Origin: Candidatus Poseidoniaceae archaeon
GTDB taxonomy: Archaea; Thermoplasmatota; Poseidoniia; Poseidoniales; Poseidoniaceae
Length of the DNA stretch: 64,000 bases
Assembly: GCA_028353405.1 (NCBI GenBank)
Contig: JAOMOG010000007.1
Span: forward strand, 755-64,754
Direction: 5' to 3'
The notes under the pieces are model-generated. The model made no database searches. It saw only the letters and a program-made list of their open reading frames with translations, and was not told the origin of the DNA. Both the position numbers and the translations under genes were made by a program. Shown here piece by piece: positions 18,441 through 29,049 of the stretch. How positions within the stretch are numbered: position 1 is the first letter of the stretch; each line of letters starts with the position of its first letter.

Positions 18441-20462
18441 TCAGATTGAGTTAATTATATCGTCATCAACAATATTTGGCAAAGTCACTTGTAAATCCGG
18501 TTGTGATTGCATTGCTCTTTTTGCAGCAAAAATAGCACCATCATTACGAGCCCAAGCCCTTCTCGCTACACCATTATTGACGTCCCAGTGTAGCATTGAT
18601 TGTAATCGGTTTTCAGAATCATCAGTTCCATCTAGCATCAAACCAAAGCCACCGTTTACAACTTCGCCCCAGCCAACACCTCCACCATTGTGCAAACTAA
18701 CCCAAGTTGCGCCTCTAAAGGAATCGCCTACGAAGTTTTGAACCGCCATATCAGCAGTAAACATTGAACCGTCAGAAATATTTGCAGTTTCTCTGTAAGG
18801 GGAGTCGGTTCCCGAAACATCGTGATGATCTCTACCCAATACTATTGGACCCGAGATTCTCCCTGTTGAGATGGCCTTATTCATTGCTGACGCTATTCTT
18901 CTCCTTCCTTCATCATCTGCGTAGAGAATACGCGCTTGAGAGCCTACAACCATATTATTTGACTCGGCTTGCTCAATCCAGCGAATATTATCTCTCATCT
19001 GTTGTTGAATCTCTATTGGAGACTCCAATATCATTTCAGAAAGAACTTCACAGGCAATTGCATCAGATTCCGCTAAATCCTGCGGACTCCCTGAGCAGCA
19101 AACCCATCTATATGGTCCAAAGCCATAGTCAAAGCACATCGGGCCCATGATATCTTCAACGTATGACGGATATTTGAAACCGCCATCCGCATTCATAACA
19201 TTTGCACCGGCTCTACTAGCTTCGAGAAGGAATGCATTGCCATAATCCCAAAAGTACATTCCTTCATCTGTCATTTTGTTGATTGCATTAGCATGACGAA
19301 TCAAACTATTTTTTACTTCATCAGCAAACTTCTGAGGCTGCTGCGACATCATTAGTGATGCAACTTCGTAATCAAATCCTACGGGTAAATATCCTCCTTG
19401 CCATGGATTGTGTAGTGAAGTTTGGTCACTTCCTAAATCGACCTTAACCTCTCTTTCAACTAACCTCTCCCAAAGAGTGACTATATTTCCTACATATCCA
19501 ATAGAAATTGCTTCCTTAGTTTGGACTGCCTGAAGCATTTTGTCAATTGCATCATCAACATCATCAGCAACGGTACTTAGCCAACCTTGCTGATGCCTCT
19601 TCTTAGCCGCATGTGGATTAACTTCAGCGATGATGCAGGCGGCACCTGCAATCACAGCCGCTTTAGCTTGAGCCCCAGACATACCCCCTAAGCCGGATGT
19701 CACGAAAGAAACCCCTTCTAAGCCTTCATCGCCAGAAATTCCTAATTTATCTCTAGCTGCATTGAGTAAAGTAATTGTAGTTCCATGAACTATTCCTTGA
19801 GGTCCAATGTACATGTAAGATCCAGCGGTCATTTGACCATATTGACTTACACCTAAGGCATTCATCCTTTCATAATCTTCAGCAGATGAATGATTTGGAA
19901 TCACCATACCGTTTGTGACTATTGCTCTTGGAGCACTTGGGCTTGAAGGAAATAGTCCAAGAGGGTGACCTGAATACATTACCAATGTTTGATGTTCAGA
20001 CATCTGCGACAGATATTTCATCACAATTCGATATTGTGCCCAATTTTGGAAAACTGCTCCGTTGCCGCCATAAGTTATCAATTCATGAGGAAATTGGGCT
20101 ACCATTGGATCTAAATTATTTTGAATCATCAACATTATCGCGGCTGCTTGTTTGCATTTCGCTGGATAATAGTCGATAGGATATGCTCTCATTTCATACT
20201 CAGTAGGACGGTATCGCCACATTATCACCCTACCAAAAGTATTCAATTCTTGACTAAACTCTTTTGCGAGTGTTGCATGTAAATGCTTTGGAAAATATCT
20301 CAATGCATTTCTAATAGCCAATTGCTTCTCTTGATGGGACAATACTTGCCGCCTTGCAGGAGCATGGTCGACGCCATCATCCCAAGGAGGCATTTCTGGC
20401 AACTCATCGGGAATGCCAGAGACGAGGCAAGTGGCAAGGATAGAGGCGACCTCTCCCGACAT
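18441..20462 (-). CDS. hutU: Urocanate hydratase (long form)
   Basis: ELITYGGNG, GQMTAGSYMYIGPQGIVHGT, GLGGMSGAQ, DQTSLHN, GRDHHDVSGTDSP, HNGGGVGWG. Confidence 0.95.
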   Translation of the reverse strand: MSGEVASILATCLVSGIPDELPEMPPWDDGVDHAPARRQVLSHQEKQLAIRNALRYFPKHLHATLAKEFSQELNTFGRVIMWRYRPTEYEMRAYPIDYYPAKCKQAAAIMLMIQNNLDPMVAQFPHELITYGGNGAVFQNWAQYRIVMKYLSQMSEHQTLVMYSGHPLGLFPSSPSAPRAIVTNGMVIPNHSSAEDYERMNALGVSQYGQMTAGSYMYIGPQGIVHGTTITLLNAARDKLGISGDEGLEGVSFVTSGLGGMSGAQAKAAVIAGAACIIAEVNPHAAKKRHQQGWLSTVADDVDDAIDKMLQAVQTKEAISIGYVGNIVTLWERLVEREVKVDLGSDQTSLHNPWQGGYLPVGFDYEVASLMMSQQPQKFADEVKNSLIRHANAINKMTDEGMYFWDYGNAFLLEASRAGANVMNADGGFKYPSYVEDIMGPMCFDYGFGPYRWVCCSGSPQDLAESDAIACEVLSEMILESPIEIQQQMRDNIRWIEQAESNNMVVGSQARILYADDEGRRRIASAMNKAISTGRISGPIVLGRDHHDVSGTDSPYRETANISDGSMFTADMAVQNFVGDSFRGATWVSLHNGGGVGWGEVVNGGFGLMLDGTDDSENRLQSMLHWDVNNGVARRAWARNDGAIFAAKRAMQSQPDLQVTLPNIVDDDIINSI

Positions 20463-20502
20463 AACACAGGGTCATCTCAGCCTGTCTTTGAGCATTGCCA
20501 TC

Positions 20503-21756
20503 TTACGCCTGTGTGACGCTTTTTGAATTACTGGGATTCCATAATGTAAACAATATTCCAGATAGCATCATCAGTGAACCAAAGTATAGAATCCCATCAG
20601 CGATTCCTAGATTATAATTTTCAACCAAATATCCAGCTACTGAAGTGGAAATTGAAAATGCGATAGACATGAACAACATGTCAATGGAGAACACTCTACC
20701 TCTCATTTCATCTTCTACCCAACGTTGGGTAAGGATGGTTGAAAGAACCCAATTAGCACCACTGGCAGCATGGGCAAGAAGAACAAGAAATACTGTCAAT
20801 ACGATACTTATATTCAAAGTCAGTGAAACCAATACGTAAAAACTCCCACTTATGACAACTAATTTCCCAATTAATCCTGGCCATTTAGATTCATCTTTCA
20901 ACACATTTCTAGCAATTATAGGTCCAAGCCCCGTTCCGACCCCTCTTGCGAAAAAGAATATACCGAATCCCATGGCCGCTCCATAACCATCGGTTTCTGA
21001 TCCCAATAATACTAAGAATACTCCAGCCAATGCACCACCGGCGATATTCCAGGATGTTTTTGCAAATATAATTCTCAACAAGCGCGACTCAGTGTACACT
21101 CTTAACCAACCGCGTTTAATATTTGAAAATGCAGTTTTGAAGAATGGTGTTTTCATCTCCTCCTCAACTTTTTGATGTATTTTTACTGGAATTAATAGAA
21201 GTGTAGCGATTACAAAAGTCATTGAATCAATAATAAAGGCTGCATCTGCGCCCCAATTTGACACCACTACTCCACCCAACAATGCTCCGATACACAATGC
21301 TGTAGACCATGAAGCCGCATCAAGGGCATTGGCTGTAGCCAAATCCTCATCACTGACAACATTAGGTATTGCAGCCCTTTCAGCAGTCATATATGTCCCA
21401 TGTAGCAACATCATTAATCCTGATAATGCAATCATCCATGGTATGTCAGATGCACTATCTACTAGAAGAAAACCAAGCGCTAAAAATATTTGAGTGAAAT
21501 TTGCAAATACCATTATTGATTTACGACTATATCTGTCGGCTAGTAATCCAATAAATGGTTGCATTAAGGCAAACGAAGCCATTCTTACAGTGAACAGGAA
21601 TCCGAGTAAAAATTCTGAACCTGTGTATTCCAGAATCAAGAAAAACAGTGCTATTGTGTTGAACCATTCCCCTAACATTGAAATTACCGAAGCAAGCCAC
21701 AGACTGCGGAAATTTCCATTTGAACGTAGTAATTGTACATAACCAATATCACTCAT
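20503..21756 (-). CDS. MFS transporter (MFS_3/DHA3-like)
   Basis: About 12 TM helices, GLLADRYSRK motif A, MRGRVFS; follows the FdhF-like gene directly. Confidence 0.88.
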   Translation of the reverse strand: MSDIGYVQLLRSNGNFRSLWLASVISMLGEWFNTIALFFLILEYTGSEFLLGFLFTVRMASFALMQPFIGLLADRYSRKSIMVFANFTQIFLALGFLLVDSASDIPWMIALSGLMMLLHGTYMTAERAAIPNVVSDEDLATANALDAASWSTALCIGALLGGVVVSNWGADAAFIIDSMTFVIATLLLIPVKIHQKVEEEMKTPFFKTAFSNIKRGWLRVYTESRLLRIIFAKTSWNIAGGALAGVFLVLLGSETDGYGAAMGFGIFFFARGVGTGLGPIIARNVLKDESKWPGLIGKLVVISGSFYVLVSLTLNISIVLTVFLVLLAHAASGANWVLSTILTQRWVEDEMRGRVFSIDMLFMSIAFSISTSVAGYLVENYNLGIADGILYFGSLMMLSGILFTLWNPSNSKSVTQA

Positions 21757-21758
21757 AA

Positions 21759-24047
21759 TCACTCCTCCTCTTGCGAGGAGTTACTCTCATGTAATGATAC
21801 TACGACCCATTTCGAAGTTGGCGTATTGGAGATATCTGCTGTTGATTCAAGAGGTACGAGGCAATTAGCTTCAGGGAAGTAAGTGGCGATATTACCACTT
21901 GGAATATCATAAGGAATTACAATCCACTGGTCTGCCTTTCTAGTTTGGCCATTAAAATGAGATACTATGTCTACGATAGTTCTTGTTTTCCATCCCCTTT
22001 CTACCATGTCGTTAGCATTCATCATCACCACTCTTCTGTTGCCATGTATGCCTCTATACCTGTCATGTAGATCGTAGATAGTAGTGTTATATTGGTCGTG
22101 ACTTCGAATTGTCATCATTACATATTTATCATCATCAATAGATACATTTGGTAACGAATTAGTAGTGAAGTGCGCCTTTCCATTATCTGTAGCAAATGAT
22201 TGGTTGTCCCTTGGTGGATTCGGTAGTGAAAAGCCATTGGGATTGCGGATTCTAAGATTATAGTCTTCAAAACCATGTAATGACTTTTCCATTAAATTTC
22301 TAATATCATCATAATTATCAGTTAATTCCAACCAATTCAAATGCTCATCTCCCAATGTGGCATTGGCTAATTGCGCAACAATCCATGGCTCACTTCGTAA
22401 GTGTGTGCTAGCAGGGCGGAAGCCGCCTCTAGAGCTATGGACTATGCCCATTGAGTTTTCCACAGAAACAAATTGTTCCCCTTCTTTGGTGATGTCAAGT
22501 TCAGTACGTCCAAGACAAGGAAGAATCAATGCTTCCTTACCAGTGATGCAGTGAGCGCGATTGAGTTTGGTAGATACCTGAATTGTAAGATCAACTTTTT
22601 GCATTCCTTCAGCAGTAGCCTCGGTATCTGGGCTGGCCGAGATAAAATTGCCACCTAAACAGAAAAAGACGCCGATATCCCCCTTTCTCATAGCCTTAAT
22701 CGCATGAACGACATCGTATCCATGGTGCTGAGGCATTTGGAAGCCCAATCCCTGCTCTAACCTTTCCAAGAATGATTCAGATGGAGCCTCCCAAATGCCC
22801 ACGGTTCTATCACCTTGCACATTTGAATGACCCCTTACAGGGCAAAAGCCAGCGCCTTCTCGACCAACATGCCCGCCCATCAATAAGAGATTAACAACTT
22901 CTTGAATTACTGTAACGCCATTGCGATGCTGTGTCAGCCCCATCGCCCAGCAAGCGATAGTAGCATTGGAATTCGCACACATCTCTCCCGCATGCTCTAT
23001 TTGTTGCCTAGAGAGTCCACTATCCGTACAGATTACATCCCATGGCGTCTCCAATGCCGATTCTATCATTGATTCGTAACCATCTGTTTTGGAGTCAATG
23101 AATGATTCATCGATGCCACCTTTTTGGTGATGGATCTTTATCAATCCCTTGATCAAAGCAGCATCTCCTCCAATTTTTACCTGTAAGTGAATATCGGCGA
23201 GTGTAGTAGATTTTAGATTAGCAGTCATGTAGTCTTGTGGATGCTTAAAACGATTCAAACCAGATTCGGGAAGAGGATTAACATGAATTATTTTGGCGCC
23301 TTTATTTTTTGCATCTCTTAGTGCAGTTAGCATACGCGGGTGGTTAGTGCCTGGGTTTTGACCAATTACTAATATCAACTCTGCTTTGTTAAAATCTTCA
23401 AGTGTAACAGTTCCTTTACCAATGCCAATTGTAGCTCCCAATCCTTTACCACTCGACTCATGGCACATGTTTGAGCAATCAGGTAAATTATTTGTTCCAA
23501 AGGCACGTACAAATGCCTGATATAAGAATGCGGCCTCATTACTAGTTCTCCCAGATGTGTAAAATGCTGCATTATCAGCAGATTGTAAGGAATTCAACTG
23601 AGTAGATATTTTTCCAAATGCATCATCCCAACTTATTTCTGTATAATGAGAAGAATCCTTTGCAAGATACATTGGATTGGTAATTCTACCTTGCTTATTT
23701 AGCCAATAATCACTCTGATTAGAAAGATGTTGTACAGAATACTTCTTGAAAAACTCAGGGGTGACACGTGCTTTTGTTCCTTCATCAGCAATTGCTTTAG
23801 CACCGTTTTCACAGAACTCAAATGTTGTTCGATGCGATGGATCTGGCCAAGCACATCCTGGGCAATCAAATCCCTTCTGCTGGTTAACCATCATCAAACT
23901 TTTAACCGTTTTAGCCACACCCATTCTTGTAATTCCATGTTTCATGGAAGACAAGGCAGCAGGTATTCCTGCAGCAGTAGTTTTTATTTTTGATAACTTT
24001 AATTTGTTGTTATCTGGAGGTGTGAGTGCAGTTACCTTTTCACGCAT
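21759..24047 (-). CDS. FdhF/YdeP family molybdopterin oxidoreductase
   Basis: GFDCPGCAWP, EFCENGAKA, YTSGRTSNE, NLPDCSNMCHESSG, PVRGHSNVQGDRT, RSHDQYNTTIY. ATG 24047 has GGTGAGG upstream. Confidence 0.92.
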   Translation of the reverse strand: MREKVTALTPPDNNKLKLSKIKTTAAGIPAALSSMKHGITRMGVAKTVKSLMMVNQQKGFDCPGCAWPDPSHRTTFEFCENGAKAIADEGTKARVTPEFFKKYSVQHLSNQSDYWLNKQGRITNPMYLAKDSSHYTEISWDDAFGKISTQLNSLQSADNAAFYTSGRTSNEAAFLYQAFVRAFGTNNLPDCSNMCHESSGKGLGATIGIGKGTVTLEDFNKAELILVIGQNPGTNHPRMLTALRDAKNKGAKIIHVNPLPESGLNRFKHPQDYMTANLKSTTLADIHLQVKIGGDAALIKGLIKIHHQKGGIDESFIDSKTDGYESMIESALETPWDVICTDSGLSRQQIEHAGEMCANSNATIACWAMGLTQHRNGVTVIQEVVNLLLMGGHVGREGAGFCPVRGHSNVQGDRTVGIWEAPSESFLERLEQGLGFQMPQHHGYDVVHAIKAMRKGDIGVFFCLGGNFISASPDTEATAEGMQKVDLTIQVSTKLNRAHCITGKEALILPCLGRTELDITKEGEQFVSVENSMGIVHSSRGGFRPASTHLRSEPWIVAQLANATLGDEHLNWLELTDNYDDIRNLMEKSLHGFEDYNLRIRNPNGFSLPNPPRDNQSFATDNGKAHFTTNSLPNVSIDDDKYVMMTIRSHDQYNTTIYDLHDRYRGIHGNRRVVMMNANDMVERGWKTRTIVDIVSHFNGQTRKADQWIVIPYDIPSGNIATYFPEANCLVPLESTADISNTPTSKWVVVSLHESNSSQEEE

Positions 24048-24098
24048 TTCCCTCACCGACAATTTACCACGCTGGGGCTTTGCTTCTCAATGCTTTGT

Positions 24099-24887
24099 TC
24101 AATTGAGGCGGCTTGAGGGTCCAATCACTACCCCTTTGTCGCTACGGACAAAGGAGAAGAGTGTGATATTTGATTGGCGTGCAGCTTCTATTGCAAGAGT
24201 AGAGGATGCCCCAATACTGGCTATCAGTGGACAATTCATTCTAGCAGATTTAGCAACAATATCCCATCCACACCGACCGGACAACAGTAATCCATGCTGA
24301 TTGAGATTTATTTCACTTCTTTGTGCGAAACCGAATAATTTGTCAACCGCGTTATGCCTTCCAATGTCTTCTCTAATGGCGACTAAATTCCCTTCACCAT
24401 CTATCAGCCCTGCAGCATGAACTCCCCCGGTCGCAGAGAAACCGATTTGTAGTTTTTTCATAGATTCAAAAGCAGTATTTATTGCAGCTGCAGAGAAACT
24501 AATCTGCGAGGATGAAACAAGTGGAACATTTGACATTAAAGCATCCACTCCATCCCTATCACATGCGCCACAACTGCTGGTGATGATTCTCTCATCAGGA
24601 AGTATTAGGTCTATTTTATCAGATGTAATAATGTCCGCGAAGTGAGTACCAGTTTCATCTAAAGAAGTGGTAAAGTCCTCAATGCTAATTGGACCTGTTT
24701 TAGCTTCAGCAATACAATGGCCAATAGCCAAATCTTGTAAATCAGATGGCGTAGCTAACAAGTTTGCAATAGCCTTACCATTGATTCTAATTATCACTAA
24801 TGCTTCAACTGCAACATTATCTTGATCTAAGGTGAATCCCTCTCCATTCCAGCGAGATACACCTATTTTCCTATGTAAGTCACTCAT
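24099..24887 (-). CDS. fdhD: Formate dehydrogenase accessory sulfurtransferase FdhD
   Basis: SSCGAC, TGGVHAA, EDIGRHNAVDKL, SGR. Confidence 0.92.
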   Translation of the reverse strand: MSDLHRKIGVSRWNGEGFTLDQDNVAVEALVIIRINGKAIANLLATPSDLQDLAIGHCIAEAKTGPISIEDFTTSLDETGTHFADIITSDKIDLILPDERIITSSCGACDRDGVDALMSNVPLVSSSQISFSAAAINTAFESMKKLQIGFSATGGVHAAGLIDGEGNLVAIREDIGRHNAVDKLFGFAQRSEINLNQHGLLLSGRCGWDIVAKSARMNCPLIASIGASSTLAIEAARQSNITLFSFVRSDKGVVIGPSSRLN

Positions 24888-24898
24888 ATAATCACGCT

Positions 24899-25453
24899 CT
24901 AATCGGATTCAATTGAAGACCTATCAATATCAAAAAATTCGAATTGTAACGAAACTAATTCAGCACTAGACTTTGCAGCAGCATATGCTTCAAGTGGTTC
25001 TTTATTAAGTTCAAAAAATCTCTCGCCCCACCTAAAAGCACCTAATACTTGGCGCGCTTGTTGTTCTCGGCCGATTAAAAATAGAATAGTTGCTAGTGCT
25101 TCAGCAGTTGTCAATTTGCTTGGTTTACCCCAATTAACTGGATTTGCTGCCAATAGCAAAGGTAACATTCGCGGTTGTAATTTGGTCCTTTTCATCACTT
25201 GCTCTACACTTTCTTCTATGTTGGCCCAACTACAGTCTAAACCGACTATAGCACCGCCATTACTGAGAAGGACTTCATGGTCTTCCGGACCGAACACTTT
25301 ACCACATAATGGCTCTAAAATGAATCCTTTTCTAGGAACGGTATTGAACCGTTTATGCATCACTATATCGCCTCTTTTTGAAGCACTAACGACAGTATTT
25401 TTCTTGGGATCATCTTGGGCCAACCAAATCGCATGGACTGGTATATCTCTCAT
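24899..25453 (-). CDS. tsr3: rRNA aminocarboxypropyltransferase Tsr3 (DUF367)
   Basis: QDDPKKNT, LDCSW, RMLPLLLAANPVNWGKPSKLTTAEALA, FRWG..F.ELN. Confidence 0.92.
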   Translation of the reverse strand: MRDIPVHAIWLAQDDPKKNTVVSASKRGDIVMHKRFNTVPRKGFILEPLCGKVFGPEDHEVLLSNGGAIVGLDCSWANIEESVEQVMKRTKLQPRMLPLLLAANPVNWGKPSKLTTAEALATILFLIGREQQARQVLGAFRWGERFFELNKEPLEAYAAAKSSAELVSLQFEFFDIDRSSIESD

Positions 25454-25457
25454 CGAA

Positions 25458-25964
25458 TCACTCTTCTTTAAGGAAATAATCACCGAGTGTTATTCCGCGA
25501 GATGGGCCACTGTCTAGAACTCGGGTGTCAACTGACCTATGCTCAATCATCAAACTAATTCCTAAAATGCGTTCAAACTTTTTTATTACGGAATCAGTTG
25601 GTCTTTTGCCAGATTCAGCAGATTTGACGATGTTTACAGTTTCTGCCATTCTTTTTCCTAATTGAGATTGATTCCAATTTTTCTGCTTACGGGCTGTTGA
25701 AATACGTAATGAAAAGTCATCGGCGAGGTCTTTTTCAGAACGCGTCATAATGCTTTTTCCTCTAGGAGATGAACCACTAGTCTTGGTATTCATTCCACCA
25801 GTCCTCGTGGTTGGAGAAAACGCTCGTGCTAATCCAGGGGCAACCGGCTTCGGTCCAAGGTTTAATTTTTCAATGCACCTACTACAGGCTGAGACCTCTG
25901 TTTTACCGGTTTTTACGTGTTTGACTCCAACCTTCATTGCTCCACATAATTCACAATCTCCCAT
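25458..25964 (-). CDS. Archaeal multiprotein bridging factor aMBF1
   Basis: N-terminal CELCG...CSRC zinc ribbon, C-terminal HTH (WNQSQLG...ESGKRP), terminal TLGDY; divergent from pan. Start set at 25964. Confidence 0.9.
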   Translation of the reverse strand: MGDCELCGAMKVGVKHVKTGKTEVSACSRCIEKLNLGPKPVAPGLARAFSPTTRTGGMNTKTSGSSPRGKSIMTRSEKDLADDFSLRISTARKQKNWNQSQLGKRMAETVNIVKSAESGKRPTDSVIKKFERILGISLMIEHRSVDTRVLDSGPSRGITLGDYFLKEE

Positions 25965-26097
25965 AATGTCACTTCCGTACAGTCGCCTGTAATTATGATT
26001 AATAGTCGGAATACTTTGAATCCTTCGGAACAGCCCGTTTCTTATATTATCAAGCGAGGAGTTCATACGGTGTCGCCTCAACCAGTGATTTGTTCGT

Positions 26098-27318
26098 ATG
26101 AGTAGTGAAGTCGAGAACAGCGCTAACGATGAGACTAAAAGTCCTGATGAAGATCTTAAAAAATTGGAATCAGATTACCGGATTTTACAAGAAGAAGCTC
26201 AATCTCTAATAAATGATAGAGCGCACCTTGAATCAGAAGTTAGAGGGCTTAAGAAGAGAGCAAATACGCTGAATGAAGAAGTGAAATCAATGAGGAAACC
26301 CCCGCTTATCATCGGTACTTTACAGGACATCCTTGATAGTGATAGAGCAATAGTGCGGTCATCAAATGGTACTGTGTTTCAAGTTTCATTGAATCAAAGA
26401 ATTGAACCTTCCAAATTACAACCGGGCACCAGAGTTGCCCTAAATCAAGATACCTTGGCTATAATCGAAGTGTTACATGATGCTTGGGATCCGATGGTTA
26501 GCGGTGCTGAAATGGTTGAGAAGCCCGATGTCACATACGGCGAAGTCGCAGGCTTAGACGAGCAAATTGAAGCGGTAAGAGAGGCTATTGAATTGCCTTT
26601 AACTTCTCCTGAGTTATTCGTAAAAGTTGGTATCAAAGCACCAAAGGGAATCCTATTAGTTGGCCCACCGGGTTGTGGAAAAACATTGATTGCTAAAGCG
26701 GTAGCCAATCACACCGATGCAACGTTTATTCGTATGGTCGGTAGTGAATTAGCCCAGAAATATATTGGTGAAGGGGGAAGGATGGTTAGAGAATTGTTCT
26801 CATTAGCAAAAGAAAAGTCTCCTGCGATAATTTTCTTGGATGAAATTGATGCAATCGGTGCAAAAAGATTGGATGGTTCTACAAGCGGGGATCGGGAAGT
26901 TCAACGAACATTAATGCAATTACTTGCTGAATTAGACGGTTTTGACTCTTTAGAAAATGTAAAGATAATTGCCGCTACAAATCGCCCAGATATTTTGGAT
27001 GACGCTTTGTTAAGGCCTGGACGATTTGACCGGGTCATTGAAATTCCTATGCCTGATGAAAAGGCAAGAAGTGCGATACTTTCATTGCATGTTAAGAATA
27101 TGAATACTAAAAGAATTAATGTTCAGAGGGTTGTAGAATTAACTGAAGGCTATTCTGGTGCTGAATTGAAGGCTACTTGTGTTGAAGCGGGTATGAACGC
27201 AATAAGAGACAAACGCGATACAGTAACTCAAAACGACATACTCGCAGCTGTAAAGAGAATTAACAGCAAGAGGAATCAGGGTGGTGTTTCGGCCACTCCA
27301 GAAGGACTCTATAGCTGA
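26098..27318 (+). CDS. pan: Proteasome-activating nucleotidase
   Basis: N-terminal coiled coil and OB fold, GPPGCGKT, KYIGEG pore loop, DEID, EVQRTLMQLL, RPGRFDR, C-terminal HbYX (LYS). Confidence 0.96.
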   Translation: MSSEVENSANDETKSPDEDLKKLESDYRILQEEAQSLINDRAHLESEVRGLKKRANTLNEEVKSMRKPPLIIGTLQDILDSDRAIVRSSNGTVFQVSLNQRIEPSKLQPGTRVALNQDTLAIIEVLHDAWDPMVSGAEMVEKPDVTYGEVAGLDEQIEAVREAIELPLTSPELFVKVGIKAPKGILLVGPPGCGKTLIAKAVANHTDATFIRMVGSELAQKYIGEGGRMVRELFSLAKEKSPAIIFLDEIDAIGAKRLDGSTSGDREVQRTLMQLLAELDGFDSLENVKIIAATNRPDILDDALLRPGRFDRVIEIPMPDEKARSAILSLHVKNMNTKRINVQRVVELTEGYSGAELKATCVEAGMNAIRDKRDTVTQNDILAAVKRINSKRNQGGVSATPEGLYS

Positions 27319-27373
27319 TTTTTGAAATTGTTCTTTGTCAACATTCAAAGTCCTAATGCGTTAACCCTAGTTC

Positions 27374-28423
27374 ATGGTAGCAACAATCGTTGAGTGCGTC
27401 CCCAACATTTCCGAGGGAATTAATACTGAAAAAATTGAACTTATAGTTCAGGCCGCTAGAAATATTTCTGGTTGTGCAGTATTAGGGGTTGAGCCTGATG
27501 CAGATTATAACAGGACTGTAATAACATTGGCAGGTGAGGCTGATCCTGTTTCTAAAGGCGCTTTTGAACTCATCAAAGCAGCAATATTTCACATTGATAT
27601 GAGGCAACACAAAGGTGAGCATCCTCGTCTCGGCGCAGTGGATGTTTGTCCCTTTGTCCCACTTCAGGGAATTACTATGGAACAATGTTCAGAATTGGCG
27701 AAGGAATTAGCGATTAAAGTGGCTAGTGAATGTGAAGTTCCAACTTTCACATATGGTTTCGCAGCAACTCACGATGATAGAACTCTCTTATCCTCTCTTA
27801 GAAAGGAACAATATGAGGGACTACAGGCAAGAATGAGTGGCGGTGATACGAGCCATTCTGAATCAACTAAACTACCAGACTTTGGACCTATGCAATGGAA
27901 TGAGAATTGTGCTAAATCAGGTGCAATTACAATCGGTTCGAGAAGCATACTGGTCGCGTATAATGTAAATGTAGATGAAGAAGATGCTGTTGTTGCTAAA
28001 AAAATTGGTTCACTAGTTAGATCAACTGGTAGATTGTTAAAGCAATCCGATGGGAGAAGGGCTAGAATTCCTGGTATGCTACCGATGGTGCAAGGAATGG
28101 GTGTTACTTTGGAAAGCCATGGTATCTCTCAAGTATCTATGAATTTAAGGGATGTTGAAGCATGCCCAATGCATATTGCATTTGAAGCCTGTAAGAGCAT
28201 TGCATCCGATCATCAAGTCGATGTACCCGGTAGTGAATTAGTAGGTCTTGTTCCACTTTCCGCTATGTTAGATTCTGGAAGATGGTATGCTGCTGAAGGA
28301 GTAACAGATGAGAAGGAACTAGTAATTGCTGCAATAGAAGGTTTGGGTCTTTCTCAGATCTCGCCATTTGATGCAGAGGAGAGAATAATTGAATGGGCTG
28401 TGGCAAAGGCGGTGGAACAATGA
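27374..28423 (+). CDS. Glutamate formiminotransferase
   Basis: ECVPNISEG, DYNRTVIT, IDMRQHKGEHPRLGAVDVCPFVP, QVSMNL, SELVGLVP. Confidence 0.92.
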   Translation: MVATIVECVPNISEGINTEKIELIVQAARNISGCAVLGVEPDADYNRTVITLAGEADPVSKGAFELIKAAIFHIDMRQHKGEHPRLGAVDVCPFVPLQGITMEQCSELAKELAIKVASECEVPTFTYGFAATHDDRTLLSSLRKEQYEGLQARMSGGDTSHSESTKLPDFGPMQWNENCAKSGAITIGSRSILVAYNVNVDEEDAVVAKKIGSLVRSTGRLLKQSDGRRARIPGMLPMVQGMGVTLESHGISQVSMNLRDVEACPMHIAFEACKSIASDHQVDVPGSELVGLVPLSAMLDSGRWYAAEGVTDEKELVIAAIEGLGLSQISPFDAEERIIEWAVAKAVEQ

Positions 28424-29049
28424 ATTGGATGGATATGTCCGTGCGTGACTTCCAAGCTGCTCTAGCATCATCTTCTCCGACTCCAGGTGGAGGAACTGCA
28501 GCCGCGGTAGCCCTTGGCCAAGCTGCCGCTTTGACTTGCATGGTTACAGATTTAACAATCGGTAAGGAAAAATGGCAAGAAGGTTGGCAGGTGGCAGAGG
28601 AGGCACAAAATACCGCTATTCCATTGATGGGACGCGCTGGTGAGTTGGCCGTAGAAGATAGCGACTCCTTTGATGCAGTCATGGCCTGCTTCAAAATGCC
28701 TAAGGGCAATGATGAGGAGATTGATGCAAGAAGAAATTGCATCCGTCAAAGTACACTCAAAGCAGCAGAAGTTCCATTTGAAACTGCGACACTAGCTCTA
28801 TCGCTACTTCGGCATCTCCCTGATTTGGCGGAGAAGGGCAATGGTAATGCAGCTTCTGACGTAGGTGTTGCAGCATTATTGGCAAGTGCAGCAGTAAAGG
28901 GTGCATTATTCAATGTTGAAATCAATTTATCTTCAATTCCTGAAGAAATGGGAACTCATATGAGGGCATCTTCTCCAGATATTCTGGAAGAGGCTAGAGT
29001 ATTGTCTAGGGAATCAATGAAATCTGTTAATTCGCGACTTGGTTTGTAA
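28420..29049 (+). CDS. Formiminotetrahydrofolate cyclodeaminase
   Basis: ASSSPTPGGG, AAEVP, GNGNAASD, NVEINL; ATGA overlap with the upstream gene. Confidence 0.9.
   Translation: MNWMDMSVRDFQAALASSSPTPGGGTAAAVALGQAAALTCMVTDLTIGKEKWQEGWQVAEEAQNTAIPLMGRAGELAVEDSDSFDAVMACFKMPKGNDEEIDARRNCIRQSTLKAAEVPFETATLALSLLRHLPDLAEKGNGNAASDVGVAALLASAAVKGALFNVEINLSSIPEEMGTHMRASSPDILEEARVLSRESMKSVNSRLGL

Noticed and set aside
21759..24047. Possible selenocysteine in the formate-dehydrogenase-like protein
   Set aside because: The ORF is uninterrupted and the active-site position is Cys
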